A stretch of DNA of 64,000 bases from a virus, in IMG/VR virus record IMGVR_UViG_3300010373_000001, positions 51,611 to 115,610 of that record. One strand, written 5' to 3'. The position numbers were made by a program, and so were the translations under genes. How positions within the stretch are numbered: position 1 is the first letter of the stretch; every line of letters starts with the position of its first letter. The notes under the pieces are model-generated. The model did not search any database. It was not told where the DNA came from and saw only the letters and a program-made list of their open reading frames with translations. Positions 56,451 through 64,000 of this stretch are shown here, piece by piece.

Positions 56451-56828
56451 TCAGGCACCCTTACGGATAATCCGGAAAGCAACCCGAGCCTGGGCACCTT
56501 CCTTATCCTTAGCAGTCGTGGAATACTCCCCACGATGCGAAGCGGTAAGGCCCTGAGTCTCCAGCCACTTCTTGACGTTGTTCCGCAGCGAAACAACCGA
56601 CTTAGCATCGGCCGGCTGGTCCTTAGGCGGATAGTGCGCAAAGCGCACCGTACCGTCAAGAATAGCCTGGAAAGTATTCGCCAGCACTGGCGGCACCTCG
56701 GAAGCCTGCCGACCCTTCTTAGCAGTCGGGAATTCCTCGCTGTCATCCATAACAACACCAAGCAGCAGCTCAGCGTCATTACCAGTGGCGGAACCGGCCG
56801 GGCTGCGAAGCGTAGCACCATTAGCCAT
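56451..56828 (-). CDS. Hypothetical protein with its own promoter and terminator
   Basis: 125 aa; RBS AGGAGG. Confidence 0.65.
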   Translation of the reverse strand: MANGATLRSPAGSATGNDAELLLGVVMDDSEEFPTAKKGRQASEVPPVLANTFQAILDGTVRFAHYPPKDQPADAKSVVSLRNNVKKWLETQGLTASHRGEYSTTAKDKEGAQARVAFRIIRKGA

Positions 56829-56910
56829 GACATTTCCTCCTGTTTACTTGTCAAACAAGATCAGACTTCCCGATCTTGCGCCGTTCCCGTGTTTCTTGCT
56901 TACAACGAGA

Positions 56911-56940
56911 ACACTACGCCGGGCCGGGTTGGTCTGTCAA
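56911..56940 (-). promoter_or_regulatory. SigA/HrdB-type promoter
   Basis: TTGACA-N18-TAGTGT. Confidence 0.7.
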
Positions 56941-57626
56941 CACCAAACCCAAAGTTTTTTTGAAATAGCCTCTGACCTGCGGAAACTCCTGGCAGCTTGC
57001 AGAAACGATCATGGAACTGGTTAGCCTAGCTAACGATAATCCGGCTGCCAGCAGGCCAGCAACGGGCCGGGATCACTAAAAGATCTTGGTAAAGCCTATT
57101 GACATATCTTGATGATCATGCTATCGCGCACACGGTTCCTACTAAGATCAACTAGCACCGTTGCCCGGTGTCCGGTTAGAACGGATATACAGGTACAAAG
57201 CGGACAGAATCACCACAACCCACCCAAAGGGGCCTAATGTGGCGAATATCAGGATACCTAACACAAGACATATTAAAGTTAATAAAGGATCTCTTATCAT
57301 CTCAAACTCTCCTATTACGGTTATAACGGGCATTTGGGGCATCCTTCCCGGCCAGGACTCGCGTCCCCGCATGGGTAGCCATGTATGCGCGTATAGGCTT
57401 AAAGCGCTATATAATGCTGTGCCCGCGGATTTTTCGTTTTTATTTCTGTATTTATAACTAGTGTACATACGGATAGGCATGGGTACAAGTTTCTGTACCC
57501 ATGCCCGCCGATTATTCGTCTTTGAAGTCTGCGAGAATCTTGTTAAAATTATCGCATTTTGCTGCGTCACCAGTTAGGCTGTCGTCTGAACAGACTGGAC
57601 AGTTCTTAACATGATTTGATAGCAGA

Positions 57627-58340
57627 CTAAGAAGATCGTCCACTTAGAGCCTTCCTTCCGCCGAGTGATCCGCCACGGCCGAGGCCCATAGCATTACCGG
57701 CTGCTTTTCCCGCACCATACCCAGAACCACCATTGCCATACCTGCTGGTGTGGGTAAGACGAGGGAATACTTTACTGACTGCTTTGTTCACAGCAGCCTC
57801 ACGCTTCACCAGAACTAGAGCAGTACCAGTATTGGCAGCGTTCGCCTTTACGTTTTCCTGCCTGTTCATTTCGGTAAGCCTGCGAGTGATGGTCACCATG
57901 AATCCATCCCAGAAACTAACTGTGAATGTCTTCAGGTGCTCAAAGGGATCACGATCCTCCATAGCCTGATTCAGTGACCACACACCATACTTCAGCACGT
58001 AGTCATAAAGGTCATCAGTTTTCTCGATGTCTGATCGCCATCCGAAAACATGATAACCCTGCTTGCCTCTAAGCTGAACCACAACACACCGGAAAGACCT
58101 TGCGATTGCCGCATAAAGCCTTGCCTTAGTGGCAGCGTAGGGAGCATCGAATGAAATGATCTTGTTGCTCATTTCATCCTTGAGATGACCAGCCTCAGCA
58201 AGCATGGCGTCATCAATACCCTTTTCAGCCATGAGGCCGAGAGCTTTATCAGTAAGGGCATTTCTCTCATCTTCGGGTATTGTGGGATCTTCTGCCTTTG
58301 CGAACAGACTGGTGATCGTCTTTTGCCAGTCACGAGCCAT
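57627..58340 (-). CDS. DUF2786-domain protein
   Basis: I..L..KAE.....E......KA..LM...GID N-terminus; Gly-rich G..AG..AG tail. Confidence 0.8.
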   Translation of the reverse strand: MARDWQKTITSLFAKAEDPTIPEDERNALTDKALGLMAEKGIDDAMLAEAGHLKDEMSNKIISFDAPYAATKARLYAAIARSFRCVVVQLRGKQGYHVFGWRSDIEKTDDLYDYVLKYGVWSLNQAMEDRDPFEHLKTFTVSFWDGFMVTITRRLTEMNRQENVKANAANTGTALVLVKREAAVNKAVSKVFPRLTHTSRYGNGGSGYGAGKAAGNAMGLGRGGSLGGRKALSGRSS

Positions 58341-58575
58341 CTTCGGTTCCTCCTACCGGATACCTCTTGAGTAATTCTCGAAGATCCTGAACACGGCATG
58401 AGCCAGGATCAAAGTGCCTATCAGTACAGTTATAGTTTTCCAGCTATTAGGCACACTGTAAAGACCAGAAGCCACAACGAGAAACCCCGCAGTGGCTTTG
58501 ATCGATTCCTGTACCTGCGGCTGTGAAACTTTATTAGTCATTTCTCCTCCCATCACCTGTAACCTTGTGAGCGCG

Positions 58576-58604
58576 AGCCTACACCCGCCAGGGAGAGAAG
58601 TCAA
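58576..58604 (-). promoter_or_regulatory. SigA/HrdB-type promoter
   Basis: TTGACT-N17-TAGGCT. Confidence 0.6.
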
Positions 58605-59272
58605 GACCTGTGTCCGCAGATTTTTCATTTTATTTTTTCATCCCAGAAACAGAACGAGGATTGTTACCACGCCCATTACCGTGCAGGCAATCACGTAATC
58701 AGTTGCCTTGTCTTGATTCATTGTGAATACTGACAGTAGCATGAACCACAGTTCTGCCATCAAGCAGGCGAAAGCTAGTGTATTCATTGTTCAGATATTC
58801 AGCAGGATAAGTGCGGGAACCATGATTACCACAGCGGCTACCGTGTAAATCACAGCATCAGTCTTACTTGGAGTTCTACTCGCACGCCAGAACAGACCAA
58901 ACTCAATTCCCGCTAGCATGTAACCCAGAAGCGGCAGGTACTTGCTCATCTCTTCATCCTCACTATGGCTGACCCTGCAAATATAATCGCTACGATGCCA
59001 CCAGCTATTACCGGCAGCAATATGTGATTCAGTAGCATAAAGATTGCTGTAAGAATCGCAGTTACCGCGCAGAGGACAAGAAAGATAACATCTACGGTCC
59101 TGTCCCTAACTCTTGTTCTGCTCATTTGCGCTTGCTTAGCGTAATCAGGAACCACAACAGAAAGCAGAGCACAAAACCAATCACTACTGGCAGTACCCAG
59201 CCTGGATATTGCGGACCTGAGTTAATAGCACTTGCCAACATCGTTTCTCTCCCTTATTTTTATTTTACCTAG

Positions 59273-59348
59273 TATCCTCAGCAGGACTCGAACCTGCGCC
59301 TCCATCATGTGAATGATGACGCTCTATGCCATATTAAGCTATGAGGAA
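59273..59348 (-). tRNA. Atypical tRNA with 8-nt anticodon loop (Val-CAC-like)
   Basis: Good D and T arms; TCATC-ATTCACAT-GATGG; U1xU72 mismatch; A73. Confidence 0.65.
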
Positions 59349-59427
59349 AATAGTCATCTTCTGCCAGATTCTTACACTCACAGCCCCTGTGAGCCTAAGT
59401 TCTGAGGGTTGCAGAATCAGACTACAG

Positions 59428-59474
59428 CGAGCATGGAAGGAATCGAACCTTCACTCTCCCAACTGATCATGCTC
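59428..59474 (-). ncRNA. 47-nt acceptor+T-arm tRNA-like RNA
   Basis: GAGCATG/CATGCTC-G with GAAGG-TTCGATT-CCTTC and a 15-nt linker. Confidence 0.6.
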
Positions 59475-59687
59475 ACCCGGAAACGAATTTCCGGCTTTCA
59501 TTAAGTATGGGGCGTGCTAGCTACCGTTCTTGCTCCCGCCTATACACCAGGCATTATCCACGAAGTTTACGTGCGCACTCCGTTTCTTCCCCATATAATA
59601 CCATTCTACTTTTTTTGTACCATCCTACTATTTTTACATTTCATTGTGCCTGGATATTACCGCGAAGCGTACCAGGACTTTGCGGAA

Positions 59688-60107
59688 CTACTTGAGAATG
59701 TCGTCCAGAACCCCACCCAGCGTGCTAGTGGCCTCTTCAATACCAAGCTCAAGCCTGACACCCTTAAGGGTAGCTGGGCATGAAGCCTGATGGAGAGCGA
59801 CTTCGATGTCATTGGCGAAATTAGTGAAGGTAGGAAGATCCTGACCCATTTCAGCAACATCTACCATAGACATCATCCACATCGTAGCGTGCATGATGGC
59901 CGCATCCCTGTTCTGAGCCAGAGTCCTGATAGTTACATCTTCAGTTATGCCAGAAGTCTGACTAACCGTAAAAGTAACATCGAAAGCGCCGGGCTGAGTC
60001 ATAGGATCAACCTTAACCGGAGCCGCCGTAGTAACGGTAGGATCAAGCACAGGGACAGCAGATTCAGTTGTGGTCTGCTCTTCTTTTCGGCTAAACGGAT
60101 TTTTCAT
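59688..60107 (-). CDS. Hypothetical protein
   Basis: 139 aa; RBS AGGAGG. Confidence 0.6.
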   Translation of the reverse strand: MKNPFSRKEEQTTTESAVPVLDPTVTTAAPVKVDPMTQPGAFDVTFTVSQTSGITEDVTIRTLAQNRDAAIMHATMWMMSMVDVAEMGQDLPTFTNFANDIEVALHQASCPATLKGVRLELGIEEATSTLGGVLDDILK

Positions 60108-60122
60108 TTGTCCTCCTGACTA

Positions 60123-60154
60123 GATTTACTTACTGATCGATTTACTTACTGATC
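60123..60154. repeat. Tandem 16-bp repeat upstream of an RBS
   Basis: GATTTACTTACTGATC twice; a third 15-bp copy at 60573-60587. Confidence 0.85.
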
Positions 60155-60161
60155 GAATCTT

Positions 60162-60557
60162 TTACGAACCCGGACGGTAAACCAGGACAGCACTAGGACG
60201 AAGCCGAGTGAAATTATGAGCCGAGTACTCAACCCCACTCTCGACATTCACCAGATAAAGATCGGCGTTTCGCATAATGCAAACGTAGTAGCTAGGACCA
60301 GCCTTCCACGTATCACCCATCTTGTACTTGCTGTCAGTGATCTTGTAAGGCGGGTAAGCGCAGTCCTTCCCGGCGGTGTGAGCCCACAGCATGTGCGTTC
60401 TGCTAAGAGCATCATCCTTGACGAAAAGGTAATAATCCGTTGCTGACGTGCCAACAGTTTGCAGCCCATGACCGATGTTCTTGTCACCTTCTGCGGGGAG
60501 CAGAACTACGCCCTCAATAAGCATAGAAATCTTGTCACCCGGACGTGCTTGCCTCAT
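60162..60557 (-). CDS. Divergent WPP-GD family protein
   Basis: PGDKISMLIEGVV...YKMGDTWKA...AVLVYR. Confidence 0.6.
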   Translation of the reverse strand: MRQARPGDKISMLIEGVVLLPAEGDKNIGHGLQTVGTSATDYYLFVKDDALSRTHMLWAHTAGKDCAYPPYKITDSKYKMGDTWKAGPSYYVCIMRNADLYLVNVESGVEYSAHNFTRLRPSAVLVYRPGS

Positions 60558-61431
60558 GACTTCCTCCTGTTTGATTTACTTACTGATTTCAGTCCAGATA
60601 AGAAACGTCTGTGACTTCGCCGCCCACATCGTTAAGAAGGCCGTTACCCTCACCAGTTGTGAGATCCAGAACACGCGGAAATTCCCCGTGAAGAGCGCTC
60701 ACAGCAATGTATGCAGTTGTGGCCTTGAAGATAGCATTATCGCTGTCATCAGCCAGAACCAGAATCCTGTGCTTCCCGTTCTTGTCCTGTACAGTTACAA
60801 CATACGTAGACATCCAGCCCTCCAGCCATTAGTATTTTATCTATCTTAGCAAGCACACGGGATCTCGCATCACCCCAGAATGTCTTACTCTGAAATTAAT
60901 CAGTGCATTCTGCGCTCAACCTAGGCTGTGTGCTTATCAGGCTCGTGTCAAGCGGACCCGGTTCCAGTTTGCTAATCTGAAGTGACACGAAGCTTAGCCT
61001 GAAGTTTTAATAGTAGGGATACTAGTTTTAGAAGCTGCAATGTGTGCTAAGGGGTTCGAACCCTCCCTCTATACACCAGACCAGTTCCGTCAACTTTCCT
61101 CATTGCAGTGTGACGACTCGCGGAGGATATTAACCCGGAGAGAGATGATCAATCTCATAACCCGGTGGGACTCGAACCCTCTTAACTCCCAGCCCTGTAC
61201 TTCCTGAATCGAGGCTATTACAGAGCCCGACCCTCACCAATTCAATCCGGCCGCTAAACCAGAAGGGGAAGCACCTAAGATTTTGTTCAGTTAGAAATGC
61301 TGTTCTTCTTGTAGCTGATCCAGGCCATGCCGAACTTGTACAGAAGGACAAGACCGATACCAACTACAACGCAGATGTCGTCAACCATTTCATCCTCCGT
61401 CATTACGCGGCGTTTCTTGCTGACAGGTAGA

Positions 61432-61460
61432 ACACTACCACGAGGGGCCAGTCATGTCAA
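61432..61460 (-). promoter_or_regulatory. SigA/HrdB-type promoter
   Basis: TTGACA-N17-TAGTGT with TG extension. Confidence 0.75.
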
Positions 61461-62143
61461 GCCCCCCGCATTAATTCTTTTTGATCAGTTCTCTTCCCAC
61501 CGAATTGCGCCGACCCACTTACGCCGCATGGTTAGGTCAATGAAATCGCCAGAGCTATTCTTACCAGCGAAGTAGATGTACTTGTCAGTACCTTGCAGAC
61601 GGTCCAGAAGCAGTTCGTACTGCCACCGCTCCACGTTGAAGAAATAGGTCTGCTCATTGTCGTGGAAGATAATCACAGTACCGACCCTGACCTTGGCTAT
61701 CGGCTTGCTGCCATATCCATCCGTAATACAGCAGCGATAGAAACCATCGTAGTTATGCATCTTTACTCTCCTCCTTGATTACTACTTTTTGCGGTTCGTT
61801 GATTACCGTGGTTGGTGCGTTAGCTATAGCAGCAAGTATCTCCTCATGCTTGTGCTGATGAAGCTCTCTTGTTATCTCGTGCTCTTTCTTTATAGCAGCA
61901 GTCTGGAACTTAAGAAACATCCAGACTATAACAGACGCTACTAAATTAGGCCAGATCGGAATCCCTACGTTATTCCAGAATTGCAGTAGAAAGTGATGCA
62001 TATAAATCCGTTTCAGGTGAGGTTGCTAACCTCTATATGATAACATTCCCACCTGAATACGAATCTACTTAAGCACAAACGGAGCGTCTGCGGTGTAAGG
62101 ATCGTATCCCAGATCCCTCTGAATAAGCTGAGCACCTTTCAGA

Positions 62144-62440
62144 TCACTTGCCCTCACTGGACGCCTTCCTTTTGGCCGACGCTGCGACCCGTCCGATTCT
62201 GGCCGCATTTTCCTTATCTTTGACTCCGGCGTGAGCCGCGTCTTTGCCATCGACTATCCTCGCTTCTTTACTTGTCAGATGATAATGCTTGCCATATTTA
62301 CATGGATACGCCCGTCTGGGCACTTCCATTCTGTCGTTGTTATCGCGCTGCTTAGCTAGGGCGATCTTAGCTGATAGTTCGTCCCGAAAGCAAACTTTAT
62401 TATGATCGGGACGGCAGCGCGGGGCTGTTCTCCGCGCCAT
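62144..62440 (-). CDS. Small basic Cys/His protein
   Basis: C....KVCF......A...RAYPC....HYHLTS pattern. Confidence 0.6.
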   Translation of the reverse strand: MARRTAPRCRPDHNKVCFRDELSAKIALAKQRDNNDRMEVPRRAYPCKYGKHYHLTSKEARIVDGKDAAHAGVKDKENAARIGRVAASAKRKASSEGK

Positions 62441-62494
62441 TTTTCCTCCGCTATAATTTCGTCCTTCCTCCCTGCCTGACTTCTGACCGGCCCC

Positions 62495-62523
62495 ATACTA
62501 GCACAGTGCCGGGCGGCTGTCAA
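62495..62523 (-). promoter_or_regulatory. SigA/HrdB-type promoter overlapped by a hairpin
   Basis: TTGACA-N17-TAGTAT; -35 at the centre of TGCCGGGCGGCT/AGCCGCCCGGCA. Confidence 0.75.
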
Positions 62524-62575
62524 TAGCCGCCCGGCAAATATCTGGCACGCCCGCCGTATTACGTCACGATCAAAA

Positions 62576-63262
62576 TCAGTAGCTTCCTACCGCTTGTTCG
62601 TGTGACCATGCCGCGCATGGTGTACCGTAAACAGGGCCGATATAATAGTCGATCATCCACTTTAGCTGAGTATACGCACTTGTCTGCCAATCCGGTCCCG
62701 CGACGGACATTTTAGATCCGGGCAACGCCTGAGGTATTCCGTATGCCCCTGAATATGGGTTAGAAGCATAGACATTCCAGCCGCTTTCAAAATTAATGAT
62801 CGCAGCCAGACATCCATACTGACTTCCCCAGCCTTTCGCATTGAGCAGTGCTTGTGCTATTTGCTGTTCAGATCCTTGCGGAACCTGAACGGGAGGATTA
62901 TTACCACCTGTTGTGCTCACTGGTGCTGATTTTATTACTTCCAGCGCTGGCAGCTTGCAGTGAGCGTTTTTAAGTACTAATTTCTGTCCCGGATAGATCA
63001 GATCAGTCTGACCGTGCAACTTCTTCTTGTTAGCACAGTAGAGAGACTGCCACCGGATATGATATCTCTTGCCGATTAAGGAAAGAGTGTCATTCTTCTT
63101 GACTACATAAGTCCTGTCTGGTTCCTTCACGCTTAGAGCATAGTGCTGTTCGGTGAACGGAGTGCCGTTAGGGACAGGGGCAGGACTAGCGCTTGCTGAC
63201 GAGGTTAAGAAGAATAACCCGGTCAGCAGTGGCGCTAACCCTGCTAAAACACGTTTAATCAA
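62576..63262 (-). CDS. Secreted LysM + lytic transglycosylase (SLT-like) protein
   Basis: Signal peptide; YVVKKNDTLS.I...LIYPGQKL LysM; ESGW, SGAYGIPQALPGSKM. Confidence 0.9.
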   Translation of the reverse strand: MIKRVLAGLAPLLTGLFFLTSSASASPAPVPNGTPFTEQHYALSVKEPDRTYVVKKNDTLSLIGKRYHIRWQSLYCANKKKLHGQTDLIYPGQKLVLKNAHCKLPALEVIKSAPVSTTGGNNPPVQVPQGSEQQIAQALLNAKGWGSQYGCLAAIINFESGWNVYASNPYSGAYGIPQALPGSKMSVAGPDWQTSAYTQLKWMIDYYIGPVYGTPCAAWSHEQAVGSY

Positions 63263-63607
63263 TATTGTTGCCTTTCGTCACCGCCAGGTTTAGGCGGCAA
63301 GCAAATGAAAAAACGTGCCAGATATTTAATTATCTCACTCTTCTGTATTTCTGTTTTCCTCAGACTGCCTGATACCTGTTCCCCACCCTCTATGCTGACA
63401 TGAGCAGCCAGGCGGGCATCCATCAGGCTTGCCAGTGTGATCCTGTGTCTGGCAGATACCACACGTCATTCTTCTTCACCCATCGCTTTTCTTGTTCTCT
63501 TCCTGAATATACCGAAGATTACTTCTCTGTCGTGTCCCGTGGCAGTATCAAATCTTCTGGCTAGCTGTTCTTCTGAGTACTGATCCCAGTTACGCTCTTC
63601 TTCATCA

Positions 63608-63964
63608 TCAAATTCTGGTGGGATCTGGCGTCGTCTCCTCATTCCCATCTGGATACCACCTTGCCGGGGAATTTGGCCGGATCTCTGTGTAAATCAGATC
63701 TGGATCTGCCATGATTGCTGATGGCGCTTCCTCTTTTCTTGAGAGTCTTTCGTATGTAATCTTCTCTGCTGTTGACAGAGCTTTGCACAGATATTCAAAT
63801 CCTGCTGTATCAGCAGGCCATACACCATACTTGCGCAGTGCGTCATGCAGAGCCCTGATAACGGGAGCAGTTCCTACAAGATTCCAGATCTCCTGATCTG
63901 GCATCTCTTCATTATCCTCGTTCTCACTCATGGGTATGTAGAGAACTGGAACTTCTTTACTCAT
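63608..63964 (-). CDS. Hypothetical protein
   Basis: 118 aa; RBS AGGAGG. Confidence 0.55.
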   Translation of the reverse strand: MSKEVPVLYIPMSENEDNEEMPDQEIWNLVGTAPVIRALHDALRKYGVWPADTAGFEYLCKALSTAEKITYERLSRKEEAPSAIMADPDLIYTEIRPNSPARWYPDGNEETTPDPTRI

Positions 63965-64000
63965 CTTCTTCCCTCCTAAGATGGATACAGCCCGGCTAGA

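Noticed and set aside
59273-59348. Opal suppressor or Sec tRNA (UCA) and genome recoding
   Set aside because: The loop is 8 nt and fits CAC equally well, there is no long Sec-type arm, and TGA is used as a normal stop with intact long ORFs throughout.
1-64000. Prophage or mobile-element boundaries
   Set aside because: No integrase, transposase, att-like duplication or host housekeeping genes were seen; the whole window looks like phage DNA.

Overview
This 64 kb window is part of a large actinobacterial tailed-phage genome, almost entirely transcribed leftwards except for a rightward block at about 41.9-50.8 kb. Positions 1-13.2 kb hold virion and packaging genes: major capsid, scaffold, portal, a block of fibre/decoration-like genes and the large terminase. 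Positions 16-41 kb are an RNA/translation region. It has 33 canonical tRNA genes read by hand (all 20 amino acids, none with a complete encoded CCA), a Ro60/TROVE gene, a vWA protein, a GGQ release-factor-like protein, a PNK-type phosphatase, a metallophosphoesterase, a C5 methyltransferase and cell-wall hydrolases. The most striking feature is an array of nine Y-RNA-like genes directly upstream of Ro60 (23.45-25.09 kb). They share a covarying two-stem frame and an invariant UACUUC but carry different cargo: tRNA mimics circularly permuted at four different points, a lone T-loop hairpin, or an empty loop. Elsewhere are free-standing permuted tRNA mimics, CCA-tailed mini tRNA-like RNAs, tRNAs with 8-nt anticodon loops, several large structured non-coding RNA candidates and a tandem array of seven Cys/His microproteins missed by the ORF track. 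A dispersed paralog family carries a [YFN]WPPxxGD[VIL]W motif. The 50.8-57 kb stretch looks like a genome-end or terminal-repeat region with long intergenic repeats and a SNF2 helicase. All structures and homologies were judged by eye; no searches were run.
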